This document shows positions 41,717 to 55,440 of a stretch of 64,000 nucleotides of DNA, piece by piece. The number at the start of each line of letters is the position of its first letter. Position 1 is the stretch's first letter. The notes beneath the pieces are model-generated. The model had not been told where the DNA came from, did not search any database, and worked only from the letters and a program-made list of their open reading frames with translations. This stretch comes from Rubrivivax sp. Lineage in GTDB: Bacteria > Pseudomonadota > Gammaproteobacteria > Burkholderiales > Burkholderiaceae_C. A program made the position numbers and the translations under genes. The stretch is from the NCBI GenBank assembly GCA_046348145.1, contig JAXMET010000010.1, positions 89,951-153,950 of the forward strand, written 5' to 3'.

Positions 41717-43126
41717 TCAGCCCTCCACCGCCAGGTCCTGCCACGGCGCCGGCAGGCGCACCTGCTGCCACACCGGGTTGGACAGGGCCTTGTCGATCTC
41801 GGCCACCAGCTCGACCATGCCTTCGTAGCCGGCGTAGGCGTGGTGGCGCTCCTGGTTGATGTCCAGCCAGGGCATGCGCGCCTTGAGCGCGACGAACTGG
41901 CTGCGGCCGCCGCTGAGCATGATGTCGGCGCGCGCCTCGGCCAGCATGGCGTACATCTGGCGCGGCGCCAGGTCGTCGATCAGGTGCGCGCTGTCCTCGC
42001 CCTCCAGTCCCATGATCTCGACGATGCGGCGCTTGTCCTCGGCGGTGCTCTTCTTCACCGAGGTGCCCACCACCTCGAGCCCGGCCTCCTGCAGCGCGCT
42101 CACCACGCTCCAGCTCTTCACGCCGCCGGTGATCAGCAGCACGCGCTTGCCGCGCAGGCGCTCGCGGTAGGCCTTGATGCGCGTCCACGCGCGCGCTTCC
42201 TCCACCGCGATCAGCGCCTCGGTGCGGTCGACCAGGTCGGTGCCGGCGCCGCGCTGCACCAGCAGCCGCGCGATCTCGCGCAGCGTCTGGCTCATGTCGG
42301 CGATGCCGTAGAACGAGCCCTCGAAGAAGGGGATGCCCCAGCGCTCCTCCATCTTGCGCGCCACGTTGATCATGGACTTGCTGCACACCATCATCGCGGC
42401 GCGTGCGCGGTGGCTCTGGGCCACCTCGTGGTAGCGGCCGTCACCCGAGATACAGGCCAGCACGCGGATGCCCAGCGCGTCGAGCAGCGGCTTCACCTGC
42501 CACAGCTCGCCCACCAGGTTGTACTCGCCGATGATGTTGATGTCGGTGGGCGTCGTGAACTCGGGCTCGCGCGTGCCGATCACGTGGTCCAGCAGCGCCT
42601 CGGCGCCGAGCTTGTTGCCCAGGTTCTTGGGGCCGGCGAAGCCGGGCGCGTCGACCGGGATCACCGGCAGGCCGAAGCGCTCGCTGGCGCGCCGGCACAC
42701 GGCCTCGATGTCGTCGCCGATCATCGCGGTGACGCAGGTCTGGTAGACGAACACCGCGGGCGGGTGGCGCTGCTCGACGATCTCGCGGATGGCCTTGAAC
42801 AGGCGCTTCTCGGCGCCGTAGATGACGTCGAGCTCGCCGATGTCGGTGGTGAAGCCGGTGCGGTAGAGCTGCGACCCGCTGCTGGCGCTGTGCCGGTTGT
42901 CCCAGCTGTTGCCCTCGCACGCGATGGGCCCGTGCACCAGGTGCGCCACGTCGGCGATGGGCTGCAGCGCGATCTTGGCCCCGTCGAAGGCACAGCCGCC
43001 CGCCGCCGCGCCCGGCGTCAGCTGCTTGGTGCAGCCGGACTTGCGCGCCTTGGCGTCCTTCTTCTGGTTGACGGCGCAGCCGGGCTCGTCGAAGACCTCG
43101 GCGATCTTGGCCTTGAGCGGGGTCAT
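41717..43126 (-). CDS. nifE: FeMo-co scaffold subunit NifE
   Basis: [46 protein letters not shown]. Confidence 0.96.
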   Translation of the reverse strand: MTPLKAKIAEVFDEPGCAVNQKKDAKARKSGCTKQLTPGAAAGGCAFDGAKIALQPIADVAHLVHGPIACEGNSWDNRHSASSGSQLYRTGFTTDIGELDVIYGAEKRLFKAIREIVEQRHPPAVFVYQTCVTAMIGDDIEAVCRRASERFGLPVIPVDAPGFAGPKNLGNKLGAEALLDHVIGTREPEFTTPTDINIIGEYNLVGELWQVKPLLDALGIRVLACISGDGRYHEVAQSHRARAAMMVCSKSMINVARKMEERWGIPFFEGSFYGIADMSQTLREIARLLVQRGAGTDLVDRTEALIAVEEARAWTRIKAYRERLRGKRVLLITGGVKSWSVVSALQEAGLEVVGTSVKKSTAEDKRRIVEIMGLEGEDSAHLIDDLAPRQMYAMLAEARADIMLSGGRSQFVALKARMPWLDINQERHHAYAGYEGMVELVAEIDKALSNPVWQQVRLPAPWQDLAVEG

Positions 43127-43134
43127 GGCCGCCC

Positions 43135-43728
43135 CTACACCGGCCGGTTCTCGTACAGGTTGCGCACCGGGCCCATGCGCCGCAGGCCTTCCTCGAAGGA
43201 GATCTTCGGGTACGACACCGCGAAGCGCACCGCCTTGTCGGCGATGGCGTCGATCTTTCCGGCGCCGTCGAGCTTCTTGAGGTCGTTCTTCTCCAGGTAC
43301 AGCAGCTCGAGCAGCTCGTTGTAGACCGTGGCCTCGTCGATCGGGCGGATCACGAAGCTGGCACCGCCGTAGTCCACGCGGTACTGCTGCGCGAGGTCGA
43401 TGTTGTCGCAGAACAGCACGTAGACCCCCTGCGGCGACAGCGCGTCGCCCAGCACCTCGGCGAGCAGCTTCAGGTGCTCGAAGCTGAGCAGGAACGCGGT
43501 CAGGAACGAGATCGTGCCCGCGTCGGCCTCGGCCACCGCGATCACCTGGTCGCAGCTGACGGCCGGCGGGCGCGCCTCGTCGGCCAGGCGCTCGGCGAAC
43601 TCGAGCGCGATGTCGCCGCGGAAGGCCACGCGGCCCACCTTGCGCGTGGGGCCCTTGAACACGTTGTTGAAGAGCCGGCCTTCGGCGTCCAGGCGGGCCA
43701 GGGCCGAGGTGCCCAGGGGATTGCTCAT
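43135..43728 (-). CDS. Hypothetical protein between the globin and nifE
   Basis: 197-aa ORF with natural composition, GGAG RBS, ATGA overlap with the globin stop; function not recognised. Confidence 0.75.
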   Translation of the reverse strand: MSNPLGTSALARLDAEGRLFNNVFKGPTRKVGRVAFRGDIALEFAERLADEARPPAVSCDQVIAVAEADAGTISFLTAFLLSFEHLKLLAEVLGDALSPQGVYVLFCDNIDLAQQYRVDYGGASFVIRPIDEATVYNELLELLYLEKNDLKKLDGAGKIDAIADKAVRFAVSYPKISFEEGLRRMGPVRNLYENRPV

Positions 43729-44174
43729 GTGCGGTTCTCCGGTGATGAAGTCGGGGCGGCCGTGCGGCCGTGGCGCGCCAGGTGGCGGGCCACGCGGGCG
43801 AAGGCGTCGTGCAACTCGTCGCGCAGCGCACGCTCGGGCACGGTGGCCAGCAGCGCGGCGTCCATGCAGTCCAGCCAGGCGTCGGCGGCCTCGGGGCCGA
43901 GCGCGAAGGGTGCGTGCACGCGCCCCAGGCGCGGCGGCCCGCGTCGCGGCGTGTAGCGCGGCGGTCCGCCGGTCCACTCGGTCAGGTAGTCGACCAGGGC
44001 CTGGCGCACCGGGCCCAGGTCGGCAGGGTGCAGGGCGCGGATCGCCGCCGCCTGCGGGCGCTGCTGCATCTGCAGGTAGAACGCGTCGACCAGGCGCTGC
44101 ACCGCGACGGCCCCGCCCAGCCGCGCGAAGTGCGGGTTGTGCAGGCTGGCGGCGGTGACCATCGGCATTGCCAT
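43725..44174 (-). CDS. Group II truncated hemoglobin (trHbO-like)
   Basis: LGG..AV..LVDAFY (TyrB10), W.GGP..Y, RVHAPF (proximal His), AWLDCM (TrpG8). Confidence 0.88.
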   Translation of the reverse strand: MAMPMVTAASLHNPHFARLGGAVAVQRLVDAFYLQMQQRPQAAAIRALHPADLGPVRQALVDYLTEWTGGPPRYTPRRGPPRLGRVHAPFALGPEAADAWLDCMDAALLATVPERALRDELHDAFARVARHLARHGRTAAPTSSPENRT

Positions 44175-44185
44175 GCACAACGCCT

Positions 44186-44201
44186 TGCACGGACCGTACC
44201 A
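44186..44201 (-). promoter_or_regulatory. Sigma54 promoter of the globin-orf-nifENX operon
   Basis: TGGTAC-GGTCC-GTGCA (GG-N10-GC). Confidence 0.75.
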
Positions 44202-44267
44202 GGGCCGCGCAACCCATGTGCCGTCCCCGTGGCGCGCACGGCCGCGGCCGCCGCGGCGGGGGCGCCG

Positions 44268-45207
44268 TCAGTGCGACACGTCGTGCGGCTTTGTCGGGTT
44301 CCGGACATCGCCGTCGCACGCCAGCGCCACCAGCGCGGCGGCCTGGTCGATCACGGCCTGGCGCACGTCGCGCGACAGGCGCGCGAGCCAGCGCCGCGGC
44401 AGCGCCGCGGTGCCGCCGCGCGCGCCGGCCAACGCGCCCACCAGCGCGCCGGTGGTGTCGGCGTCCTCGCCGCGGTTGACGGCGTCCACCACGGCGGCCT
44501 CGAAGTCGGCATGCGTGGTGAACGCATGCAGCACCGTCTGCACCGTGTCGACCACGTAGCCGCTGGCGCGCCCGCGGTAGGGGCGGAAGCGGAACGCCGG
44601 CTGCTGCAAGACCCAGTGGTCGATGAAGGCGCTGGCGGCGCCCGCGTCGGCGCCGAGCAGCAGCCGCCGCAGCAGGCCGCCGATGCCCAGCACCGCGGCG
44701 TCCGACAGCGGGTGGTGGTGCGTGACATGGGCCTGGTCGATCGCGCAGCGTGCGAACGCGGCTTCGTCGTGCAGCGTGGCCAGCACCACCGGCAGCATGC
44801 GCATCAGCGCGCCGTTGCCGCCGTCGCCGTCGTGCGGCGGGCCAGCCACCGTGCCCTCGTGCATCCAGCGCAGGATGCCGCGCCGGCAGGTGTTGCCGCA
44901 GTCCACCGGGCGCGCGCGCCACCAGGCCAGGAACGCGTCGGCCACCAGCGCCGGGTCGCCCGGGCGGCCCAGGCGCGCGCCGTGCAGCAGCGCGTCGCCC
45001 AGCGCCAGGCTCATCGTGGTGTCGTCGGTCACCTGGCCCGCCGCCAGGCGCAGCCAACCGCCGCCGGTGATCTCGCGGTGCACGCCGAAACGATGCGCGA
45101 TCTCGCGCGGCGTCATGAACTCCACCGTCGCGCCGAGCGCGTCGCCGAGCGCCAGCCCCAGGTAGGCACCGAGCGCGCGGTCGAGCAAGGCCGCCGGGGC
45201 GCGACGT

Positions 45208-45215
<8 letters not shown>
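44268..45215 (-). CDS. draG: ADP-ribosyl-[dinitrogen reductase] glycohydrolase
   Basis: GDALGATVEFM, GQVTDDTTMS, VDCGNTC, GEDADTTGA. Confidence 0.95.
44292..44307. promoter_or_regulatory. NifA UAS inside the 3' end of draG
   Basis: TGT-CGGGTTCCGG-ACA. Confidence 0.8.
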
Positions 45216-47203
<1,988 letters not shown>

Positions 47204-47225
47204 GCCACCACCGCCCGAGAGATCG

Positions 47226-47247
47226 GGGCGCCCCGCCGGGGGCGCCC
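47226..47247 (+). other. nifH-nifD intercistronic stem-loop
   Basis: GGGCGCCCC-N4-GGGGCGCCC perfect 9-bp stem without a U-tract. Confidence 0.55.
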
Positions 47248-47273
47248 TCCCGCCCCGCGACCCGGAGATCGAC

Positions 47274-48737
47274 ATGAGCACCACCCTCGAAGACCGCAAA
47301 GCCGCCAACCGCGCCCTCATCGACGAGGTGCTGAAGGCCTACCCCGACAAGACCGCGAAGAAGCGTGCCAAGCACCTGGGCAGCTTCGAGGACGGCAGGC
47401 CCGACTGCGGCGTCAAGAGCAACATCAAGAGCCTGCCCGGCGTGATGACGATTCGCGGCTGCGCCTACGCCGGCAGCAAGGGCGTGGTGTGGGGCCCGAT
47501 CAAGGACATGGTCCACCTCAGCCACGGACCGGTGGGCTGCGGCCAGTACAGCTGGGCCTCGCGCCGCAACTACTACATCGGCACCACCGGGGTCGACACC
47601 TTCGGCACGATGCAGTTCACCTCCGACTTCCAGGAGAAGGACATCGTCTTCGGGGGCGACAAGAAGCTCGACAAGATCATCGACGAGATCCAGGAGCTGT
47701 TCCCGCTCAACAAGGGCATCAGCATCCAGAGCGAATGCCCGATCGGCCTCATCGGCGACGACATCGAGGCCGTCAGCAAGAAGAAGAGCAAGGAGCACGA
47801 GGGCAAGCCCATCATCCCCGTGCGCTGCGAAGGCTTCCGCGGCGTGAGCCAGTCGCTGGGCCACCACATCGCCAACGACGCCATCCGCGACTGGGTGTTC
47901 GAGCGCACGCCGGCGGACAAGAACGCGTTCGAGCCCAGCCCCTACGACGTGGCCATCATCGGCGACTACAACATCGGCGGCGACGCCTGGTCGAGCCGCA
48001 TCCTGCTCGAGGAGATGGGCCTGCGCGTGATCGCGCAGTGGAGCGGCGACGGCACCATCGCCGAGCTGGAGAACACGCCCAAGGCGCGGCTGAACCTGCT
48101 GCACTGCTACCGGTCGATGAACTACATCAGCCGGCACATGGAGGAGAAGTACGGCATCCCCTGGGTCGAATACAACTTCTTCGGCCCCACCCAGGTGGAG
48201 AAGAGCCTGCGCGAGATCGCCGCCCACTTCGACGACCGCATCAAGGCCAACGCCGAGGCCGTGATCGCCAAGTACAGGCCGCTGATGCAGGCCGTGATCG
48301 ACAAGTACAAGCCGCGCCTGCAGGGCAAGAAGGTCATGCTCTTCGTGGGCGGCTTGCGTCCGCGCCACGTGATCGGCGCCTACGAGGACCTGGGCATGGA
48401 GGTGGTCGGCACCGGCTACGAGTTCGGCCACAACGACGACTACCAGCGCACCACGCACCACGTGAAGGACGGCACGCTGATCTACGACGACGTGACCGGC
48501 TACGAGTTCGAGAAGTTCGTCGAGCAGGTGCAGCCCGACCTGGTGGGCAGCGGCATCAAGGAGAAGTACGTGTTCCAGAAGATGGGCGTGCCCTTCCGCC
48601 AGATGCACAGCTGGGACTACAGCGGCCCCTACCACGGCTACGACGGCTTCGCCATCTTCGCCCGCGACATGGACATGGCGATCAACGCGCCGGTCTGGGG
48701 CCTGGCGAAGAGCCCCTTCGACTCCAAGGCGGCCTGA
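47274..48737 (+). CDS. nifD: Nitrogenase MoFe protein alpha subunit
   Basis: [36 protein letters not shown]. Confidence 0.99.
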   Translation: MSTTLEDRKAANRALIDEVLKAYPDKTAKKRAKHLGSFEDGRPDCGVKSNIKSLPGVMTIRGCAYAGSKGVVWGPIKDMVHLSHGPVGCGQYSWASRRNYYIGTTGVDTFGTMQFTSDFQEKDIVFGGDKKLDKIIDEIQELFPLNKGISIQSECPIGLIGDDIEAVSKKKSKEHEGKPIIPVRCEGFRGVSQSLGHHIANDAIRDWVFERTPADKNAFEPSPYDVAIIGDYNIGGDAWSSRILLEEMGLRVIAQWSGDGTIAELENTPKARLNLLHCYRSMNYISRHMEEKYGIPWVEYNFFGPTQVEKSLREIAAHFDDRIKANAEAVIAKYRPLMQAVIDKYKPRLQGKKVMLFVGGLRPRHVIGAYEDLGMEVVGTGYEFGHNDDYQRTTHHVKDGTLIYDDVTGYEFEKFVEQVQPDLVGSGIKEKYVFQKMGVPFRQMHSWDYSGPYHGYDGFAIFARDMDMAINAPVWGLAKSPFDSKAA

Positions 48738-48766
48738 GGCCCCTTCACCCGATCCAGGAGAACACC

Positions 48767-50326
48767 ATGCCCCAGACCGCCGAGAAGATCCTCGACCACG
48801 AAATGCTCTTCCGCGAGCCGGAGTACACCGGCATGCTGCAGGCCAAGCGTGCGCAGTTCGAGTTCCGCGTGCCGCTCGACCAGCTCAAGTCCGTCAACGA
48901 GTGGACACAGAGCTGGGAGTACCGCGAGAAGAACCTGGGCCGCGAGGCGCTGACGGTCAACCCCGCCAAGGCCTGCCAGCCGCTGGGCGCGGTGTTCGCC
49001 GCGGTGGGTTTCGAGAAGACGCTGCCCTTCGTGCACGGCAGCCAGGGCTGCGTGGCCTACTACCGCAGCCACTTCAGCCGGCACTTCAAGGAGCCCACCT
49101 CCTGCGTGAGCTCGTCGATGACCGAGGACGCAGCGGTGTTCGGCGGCCTCAACAACATGATCGACGGCCTGGCCAACAGCTACCAGCTGTACCGGCCCGA
49201 GATGATCGCGGTCAGCACCACCTGCATGGCCGAGGTGATCGGCGACGACCTCGACGCCTTCATCAAGAACAGCAAGCAGAAGGGCAGCCTGCCGGCCGAG
49301 TTCGACGTGCCCTTCGCGCACACGCCGGCTTTCGTGGGCAGCCACGTCACCGGCTACGACAACGCGCTGCTGGGCATCCTCAAGCACTTCTGGGACGGCA
49401 AGAGCAAGACCGCCGAGCCGCTGGTGCGCGTGCCCGACGGCAGCCTCAACTTCATCGGCGGCTTCGACGGCAACGTGGTCGGCAACCTGCCCGAGGTGCG
49501 CCGCATCCTCGACGCCTTCGGGGTCGACTACACCGTCCTGTGCGACCCCAGCGAGACCTGGAACACGCCCACCGACGGCGAGTTCCGCATGTACGACGGC
49601 GGCACCACCAAGGCCGAGGTCGAACGTGCGCTGCACGCCAAGGCCACCATCGTGTTCCAGGAGTTCTCGACCGAGAAGACGGCGAAGTACATCGCCGAGA
49701 AGGGCCAGGAGGTGGTGCTGCTGAATTGCCCGATCGGCGTCGCGGCCACCGACAGGTTCCTGATGGAGATCTCGCGCCTGACGGGCAAGCCGGTGCCGGC
49801 CAGCCTGGTGAAGGAGCGCGGCCGCCTCGTCGACGCCATCGCCGACAGCCAGGCGCACCTGCACGGCAAGCGCTACGCGCTCTACGGCGACCCCGACCTG
49901 ACGATCGGCATGACCGGCTTCCTGCTCGAGCTGGGCGCCGAGCCGGTGCACGTGCTGGCCACCAACGGCAACGACGACTGGGCCGCCCGCGTGCAGGGCC
50001 TGCTGGACGCCAGCCCCTTCGGCAAGGGCTGCAAGCCCTGGCCCAAGCGTGACCTGTGGCACCTGCGTTCGCTGCTGTTCACCGAGCCGGTCGACTTCCT
50101 CATCGGCAACACCTACGGCAAGTACCTCGAGCGCGACTGCAAGGTGCCGCTGGTGCGCATGGGCTTCCCGGTGTTCGACCGCCACCACCACCACCGCTTC
50201 CCCACCTGGGGCTACGAGGGCGCGCTGCGCGTGCTGGTGGCGCTGCTGGACGAGCACTTCGAGCAGCTCGACGCCAGCACCATCCAGACCGCCGTCACCG
50301 ACTTCAGCTACGACATCATTCGCTGA
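48767..50326 (+). CDS. nifK: Nitrogenase MoFe protein beta subunit
   Basis: [36 protein letters not shown] end. Confidence 0.99.
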   Translation: MPQTAEKILDHEMLFREPEYTGMLQAKRAQFEFRVPLDQLKSVNEWTQSWEYREKNLGREALTVNPAKACQPLGAVFAAVGFEKTLPFVHGSQGCVAYYRSHFSRHFKEPTSCVSSSMTEDAAVFGGLNNMIDGLANSYQLYRPEMIAVSTTCMAEVIGDDLDAFIKNSKQKGSLPAEFDVPFAHTPAFVGSHVTGYDNALLGILKHFWDGKSKTAEPLVRVPDGSLNFIGGFDGNVVGNLPEVRRILDAFGVDYTVLCDPSETWNTPTDGEFRMYDGGTTKAEVERALHAKATIVFQEFSTEKTAKYIAEKGQEVVLLNCPIGVAATDRFLMEISRLTGKPVPASLVKERGRLVDAIADSQAHLHGKRYALYGDPDLTIGMTGFLLELGAEPVHVLATNGNDDWAARVQGLLDASPFGKGCKPWPKRDLWHLRSLLFTEPVDFLIGNTYGKYLERDCKVPLVRMGFPVFDRHHHHRFPTWGYEGALRVLVALLDEHFEQLDASTIQTAVTDFSYDIIR

Positions 50327-50335
50327 GCGACGGCG

Positions 50336-50584
50336 ATGCCCTTGTTCGACTGGCACTGCGCCGACTGTGGCCACGCGTTCGAGCGCCTGGTGCGCTCGGC
50401 CGACGAGCGCCCGCCGTGCCCGCACTGCGGGTCCGGCTCGTGCACGCGGGAGCTGGCGGCGCCGGCGGCACCCGGCCGCAGTGGCGCGTTGCGGCAGGCG
50501 GCGCGCACGCAGGCGCGACGTGCCGGTCACTTCAGCAACTTCGGCGGGCCACGCGGGCCCGGCAACAGCGGCCCGCTGGGCTGA
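50336..50584 (+). CDS. FmdB-family zinc-ribbon protein
   Basis: MPLFDWHCADCGHAFERLV...CPHCGS. Confidence 0.85.
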   Translation: MPLFDWHCADCGHAFERLVRSADERPPCPHCGSGSCTRELAAPAAPGRSGALRQAARTQARRAGHFSNFGGPRGPGNSGPLG

Positions 50585-50600
50585 CGTGAAGGAGCGCCCC

Positions 50601-52154
50601 ATGACTTCGGCCTTCATCGCCCTCGACGACCTGCGCCGCGGCCGCGGCAGCGCCGTCAGCTCCGCGGTGCCCGCGCCGGCCACGGGCTGCAGCACCAGCG
50701 GCGGCGCGGGCACGAGCAGCTGCGGCAGCAGCGACGGCCCCGACGACATGCCGGCCGAGGTGTGGGAGAAGGTGAAGAACCACCCCTGCTACAGCGAGGA
50801 GGCGCACCACCACTACGCGCGCATGCACGTGGCGGTGGCGCCGGCCTGCAACATCCAGTGCCACTACTGCAACCGCAAGTACGACTGCAGCAACGAGAGC
50901 CGCCCCGGCGTGGTGAGCCAGAAGCTCACGCCCGACCAGGCGGTGAAGAAGGTGCTGGCGGTGGCCAGCGCGATCCCGCAGATGACGGTGCTGGGCATCG
51001 CCGGCCCCGGCGACGCGCTGGCCAACCCGAAGAAGACCTTCGAGACCTTCCGCCAGCTGCAGCAGCAGGCGCCCGACATCAAGCTGTGCCTGTCGACCAA
51101 CGGCCTGGCGCTGCCCGACCACGTGGACGAGATCTGCCGCCACAACATCGACCACGTGACCATCACGATCAACATGGTCGACCCCGACGTGGGCGAGAAG
51201 ATCTACCCCTGGATCTTCTGGAACCACCGCCGCGTGACCGGGCGCGAGGCCTCGGAGATCCTCACCGAGCGCCAGCTGCTCGGGCTGGAGATGCTGACCG
51301 CGCGCGGCGTGCTCACCAAGATCAACTCGGTGCTGATCCCGGGGGTCAACGACCGGCACCTGATCGAGGTGAACCGCGCCGTCAAGGCGCGCGGCGCCTT
51401 CCTGCACAACATCATGCCGCTGATCTCCGAGCCGGAGCACGGCACCTTCTACGGCCTGACCGGCCAGCGCGGCCCCAGCGCCGCCGAACTCAAGGCGGTG
51501 CAGGACGCCTGCGCCGGCGGCGCCAACCTGATGCGCCACTGCCGCCAGTGCCGCGCCGACGCCGTGGGCCTGCTCGGCGAGGACCGCAGCGACGAGTTCA
51601 CGCTCGAGCAGATCGAGGGCCAGGAGGTCGCCTACGACCTCGAGCGCCGGCGCGCCTACCAGGCCGCGGTGGAAGCCGAACGCCAGGCGCAGGTGCAGGC
51701 CAGGCAGGCCGCACTGGACACCGCGGCGCACGACGGCCTGAAGCTGCTGGTGGCCGTGGCCAGCAGCGGCGGCGGACGCGTGAACCAGCACTTCGGGCAC
51801 GCCACCGAGTTCCAGATCTACGAGCTGACACCCGCCTCGGCCACCTTCGTCGGCCACCGCCGCGTCGACCTGTACTGCCAAGGCGGCTGGGGCGAGGACG
51901 AGCAGCTGCCGTCGATCGTCGGCGCCCTCAACGACTGCCACGCGGTGCTGGTGTCCAAGATCGGCGCCTGCCCCCGCGACGAGCTGAGCGCCGCCGGCAT
52001 CGAGCCGGTGGACCGTTACGCGCACGAGTTCATCGAGAGGGCCGCGCTCGAGTGGTTCGCCGACTACCGCGCGCGCGTGGCGCGGGGCGAACTCGCGCAC
52101 CAGCCGCGTGGCGACGCCCGCATCCGCAACGGCGCGCTCACGCAGGCGGCCTGA
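50601..52154 (+). CDS. nifB: Radical SAM FeMo-co biosynthesis protein NifB with NifX-like C-domain
   Basis: [40 protein letters not shown]. Confidence 0.98.
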   Translation: MTSAFIALDDLRRGRGSAVSSAVPAPATGCSTSGGAGTSSCGSSDGPDDMPAEVWEKVKNHPCYSEEAHHHYARMHVAVAPACNIQCHYCNRKYDCSNESRPGVVSQKLTPDQAVKKVLAVASAIPQMTVLGIAGPGDALANPKKTFETFRQLQQQAPDIKLCLSTNGLALPDHVDEICRHNIDHVTITINMVDPDVGEKIYPWIFWNHRRVTGREASEILTERQLLGLEMLTARGVLTKINSVLIPGVNDRHLIEVNRAVKARGAFLHNIMPLISEPEHGTFYGLTGQRGPSAAELKAVQDACAGGANLMRHCRQCRADAVGLLGEDRSDEFTLEQIEGQEVAYDLERRRAYQAAVEAERQAQVQARQAALDTAAHDGLKLLVAVASSGGGRVNQHFGHATEFQIYELTPASATFVGHRRVDLYCQGGWGEDEQLPSIVGALNDCHAVLVSKIGACPRDELSAAGIEPVDRYAHEFIERAALEWFADYRARVARGELAHQPRGDARIRNGALTQAA

Positions 52155-52176
52155 ACCCCTTCACCGGAGAACCCCC

Positions 52177-52371
52177 ATGGCCCTGAAGATCATCGCCTCC
52201 ACCTGCACCGGCTGCTCGGCCTGCGAGCCCGAGTGCCCCAACGTCGCCATCCGCGAGAAGGGCGGCACCTTCCTCATCGACCCCAAGAAATGCACCGAGT
52301 GCGAAGGCCACTACGACTCGCCGCAGTGCGTGGCCGTGTGCCCGGTCGACGGCTGCATCGTGAAGGCCTGA
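52177..52371 (+). CDS. fdxN: 2x[4Fe-4S] ferredoxin FdxN
   Basis: [18 protein letters not shown]...CVAVCP, directly after nifB. Confidence 0.92.
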   Translation: MALKIIASTCTGCSACEPECPNVAIREKGGTFLIDPKKCTECEGHYDSPQCVAVCPVDGCIVKA

Positions 52372-52372
52372 C

Positions 52373-52771
52373 GTGAGCGCGCTTCCGCAGCTGGTCGTCA
52401 CGCCGGCGGCCGAACGTTTCATGCGCCGCATGGTGCGTTTCTCGGGCATGCCGTCGGCCGGCTTCCGCCTGAGCGTCAGCGCGGGCGGCTGCTCGGGGCT
52501 GGCCTCGCAGTTCAGTGTCGAGCCGGCGCCGCAGGTGGACGATGCCGAGCTGTCGGTCAACGGGCTGCGCCTCTTCCTGCCCGCCGAGAGCCGCCTGCTG
52601 CTCGACGGCGTGACCATCGACTTCCACGACGGCATGGCCGCCACCGGGCTGAGCTTCGTCGACCCCAGGGCCGGCGCCTGCGGCTGCAGCAGCTCGGCCC
52701 CCGCCGCCGCGCCGGCGCAGGCCAGCGTGTCGGTCGGCGCGATCCGCCGCATGCGCGCCCCCACGCCCTGA
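52373..52771 (+). CDS. HesB/IscA-family nif Fe-S carrier
   Basis: VTPAAERFMRRMVRF, GGCSGL, CGC. Confidence 0.88.
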   Translation: MSALPQLVVTPAAERFMRRMVRFSGMPSAGFRLSVSAGGCSGLASQFSVEPAPQVDDAELSVNGLRLFLPAESRLLLDGVTIDFHDGMAATGLSFVDPRAGACGCSSSAPAAAPAQASVSVGAIRRMRAPTP

Positions 52772-52778
52772 GACCTTC

Positions 52779-53306
52779 ATGGACGCAGCGGCCGACTTCG
52801 ACGACGCGGTGCTCGGGCGCGGCCTGCCCGCCGCCGCCGAAGCGGCGCTGCGCGAAGCCGGCCAGGCGCGCGCCGATGCGCCGCGCGCGATGGCCGCGCT
52901 GATGCGCGCCGGCGCACTGGCGCCCGGGCACCCGGCGGTGCTGATCGCGCTGTACCGCCACCATTTCTACGGCCACCGGCTGGCGCTGGCGCGCGACGTG
53001 GCGCGGCGTGCGCTGTTCGCGGGGGCGCAGGCGCTCGGCCTGCCGCGGGTCTGGCGCGAGGTGTCGGCGCAGCCGCTGGCCGGTGCGGACGCCGAACCCG
53101 CGGTGCGCTTCTACCTGTTCGCGCTGAAAGGCTACGCCTACCTCAGCCTGCGCCTGGGCGACGCCGTCGAGGCGCGCGACGCACTGGCCCAGCTGGCGGC
53201 GCTGGACCCGGCCGACCGCGTTGGCGGCGCGCTGCTGGAGCGCGTGCGCCAGCGGGCCGGGCGCGACGAGGACGAGGACGAAGCCGCGGAGGTCGGCCAT
53301 GCCTGA
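52779..53306 (+). CDS. Nif-associated helical (TPR-like) hypothetical protein
   Basis: LIALYRHHFY, RFYLFALKGYAYLSLRLG, LDPADRVG; overlaps the nifZ start. Confidence 0.7.
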   Translation: MDAAADFDDAVLGRGLPAAAEAALREAGQARADAPRAMAALMRAGALAPGHPAVLIALYRHHFYGHRLALARDVARRALFAGAQALGLPRVWREVSAQPLAGADAEPAVRFYLFALKGYAYLSLRLGDAVEARDALAQLAALDPADRVGGALLERVRQRAGRDEDEDEAAEVGHA

Positions 53307-53640
53307 CATCGCGCGCGACAGCGACATCATCGAGATCGACGGCCCGCCGCCCTTCGCCCACGGCGAGCGCGTGGCCTCGCGCGTGACGGTGCGCAACGAC
53401 GGCACCTTCGCCGGCCGCGAGATCGGCGACCCGCTGGTGCAACGCGGCGACGTGGGCGTGGTGACCTCGATCGGCACCTTCCTGCAGCAGCACTACATCT
53501 TCTCGGTCGAGTTCGTCGCGCGCGGCTACCGCGTGGGCATGAAGTCGCGCGAGCTGGTGTCGCTGGACCACCTGCCGCCGCACGTGCAGCAGGCGCTGGG
53601 CCCCGACAAGCTGGCGCGCCTGAAGACGCTGACCCCCTGA
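53299..53640 (+). CDS. nifZ: NifZ
   Basis: VRNDGTFAG, IGTFLQQHYI. Confidence 0.92.
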   Translation: MPDIARDSDIIEIDGPPPFAHGERVASRVTVRNDGTFAGREIGDPLVQRGDVGVVTSIGTFLQQHYIFSVEFVARGYRVGMKSRELVSLDHLPPHVQQALGPDKLARLKTLTP

Positions 53641-53652
53641 CCGGAGCCCCCG

Positions 53653-53916
53653 ATGCAGACGCCCCGCCCTGCGCGCTACCCCTGGGGCCTGGCCGTGCGC
53701 GCCACGGCCGACCTGTTCAACGACGGCTCGCACCCGCAGGTGGCCGAGGGCGCCCGGCTGGTGGCGGCCGGGACGGCGGGCGAGGTGGCCAACATCGGCC
53801 ATCATGCCGAGGCCAACGTTCCGGTGTACCTGGTGGACTTCGGCGGCACGCTGGTGGGCTGCCTGGAGCACGAGATCGAGCCGGCGCCGCGCGACCTGCC
53901 CGCGGTGGCGCGGTGA
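53653..53916 (+). CDS. nifZ: Second NifZ-family protein
   Basis: DLFNDGSHP, VYLVDFG..VGCLEHE. Confidence 0.85.
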   Translation: MQTPRPARYPWGLAVRATADLFNDGSHPQVAEGARLVAAGTAGEVANIGHHAEANVPVYLVDFGGTLVGCLEHEIEPAPRDLPAVAR

Positions 53917-53939
53917 CGCGGTGACGCGGCACGGCACCC

Positions 53940-54251
53940 ATGGCGGCGCTCGTCGACCTGGACCAGGCGCGCATCGAGCGCGCGCTGGAGCGTCGCGCAC
54001 GCTACCGCTACGTGCGGCCGCGCGTGCTGGCGGAGCCGGAGGGCTTCCGCATCGTCAGCCCCAACTGCTCGCGCTCGGTGCAGGCCGACGGTGCCGAGAT
54101 CGACATCGCGCGGCTGCTGCGGCGCGCCGGCCACTGGGAGCTGCAGTCGCGCGACCACGACGCCGGCCGCTGGCTGCATGCCGCCAGCGGCCCGCTGCCC
54201 GAGCTGCTGCGGCTGCTGGCGCTCGACCCGTCGCGGCTGTTCTGGCTCTGA
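53940..54251 (+). CDS. Nif-associated small protein (DUF3024-like)
   Basis: RARYRYVRP, SPNCSR, IDIA, DPSRLFW. Confidence 0.7.
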   Translation: MAALVDLDQARIERALERRARYRYVRPRVLAEPEGFRIVSPNCSRSVQADGAEIDIARLLRRAGHWELQSRDHDAGRWLHAASGPLPELLRLLALDPSRLFWL

Positions 54252-54261
54252 GGCGCGGCGC

Positions 54262-55440
54262 ATGCGCCTGATCTACCTCGACCACAACGCCAGCTCGCCG
54301 CCGCCGCCGGCGGTGCTGCAGGCGGTGGCGCGCGCGCTCGTCGACGACTGGGCCAACCCCTCGTCGGGCCACGCGCCCGGCCAGGCGGCGCGGCGGCTGC
54401 TGGTGCAGTCGCGCGCCCAGGTGGCGGACCTGGTCGGCTGCCGGCCCGCCGAACTGGTGTTCACCAGCGGGGCGACCGAGGCCAACCGGCTGGCGCTCGA
54501 CGGTGCGCTGGCACGCGGCGCCACGCAGGGCCGGCGCCGGCTGCTGGTGTCGGCGATCGAGCACCCGGGGTTGCTGGCCCACGCCCGGCTTCTGTCGGAC
54601 CAGGGCCTCGCGGTCGAGCGGCTGCCGGTGCGGCCCGACGGACGCCTCGACATCGACACCGCGCTGGCGCGACTGGACAGCGACGTGGCCCTGGTCAGCG
54701 TGATGGCGGCCCACAACGAGACCGGCGTCTGGCAGCTCGACGCGCTGGCGGCGCTGGCGCCGCGCGCGCGTGCCCTCGGCGTGCCGCTGCACAGCGACGC
54801 CACGCAGGCGCTGGCGCGCGGACTGCCGCGCTTCGACGCGCTGGGGGTCGACCTGCTCAGCGTGTCGGCGCACAAGATCGGCGGCCCCAAGGGCGTGGGT
54901 GCGCTCGTCGTGCGCAAGGGGCTGGACTGGCCGGCGGCCTGGCCGGGCCAGCAGGAGCGCGGCCGCCGTGCCGGCACCGAGAACATGCCCGGCATCGCCG
55001 GCTTCGGCGCCGCGGCCGTCTGCGCCGCGCGGCGCCTGGCCCAGGGCGAGCTGGATCGCCTGGAGGGGCTGCGCGACCGGCTCGAGCAAGGCCTGGTCGC
55101 CAGCCTCGGCGCGCAGCCCATCGGCGCCGCCGTGCCGCGCCTTCCGCAGACCACGCTGCTGCGCGTGCCCGGCCTGCACGCCGAGGCGGCGCTGGCGCGG
55201 CTGCAGGCGGCCGGCGTGGCCGCCTCGTCGGGCGCCGCGTGCGCGTCGGGCCATGCGCAGGCCTCGCACGCGCTGCTGGCGATGGGCCTGGACGCCGCCG
55301 CCGCGCTGGAGGCGCTGCGCTTCTCGCTCGGCGCCGGCACCACGCGCGACGACATCGACGCCGCGCTCGCCGCCGCCGCCGTCGCCCTCGGGCCGCCGCG
55401 CGGCGACCCCTCGATCCCCCCCTCCCGGAGCCCGCGATGA
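54262..55440 (+). CDS. NifS-like cysteine desulfurase
   Basis: IYLDHNA, FTSGATEAN, SAHKIGGPKG (PLP Lys), SSGAACASG (catalytic Cys). Confidence 0.88.
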   Translation: MRLIYLDHNASSPPPPAVLQAVARALVDDWANPSSGHAPGQAARRLLVQSRAQVADLVGCRPAELVFTSGATEANRLALDGALARGATQGRRRLLVSAIEHPGLLAHARLLSDQGLAVERLPVRPDGRLDIDTALARLDSDVALVSVMAAHNETGVWQLDALAALAPRARALGVPLHSDATQALARGLPRFDALGVDLLSVSAHKIGGPKGVGALVVRKGLDWPAAWPGQQERGRRAGTENMPGIAGFGAAAVCAARRLAQGELDRLEGLRDRLEQGLVASLGAQPIGAAVPRLPQTTLLRVPGLHAEAALARLQAAGVAASSGAACASGHAQASHALLAMGLDAAAALEALRFSLGAGTTRDDIDAALAAAAVALGPPRGDPSIPPSRSPR

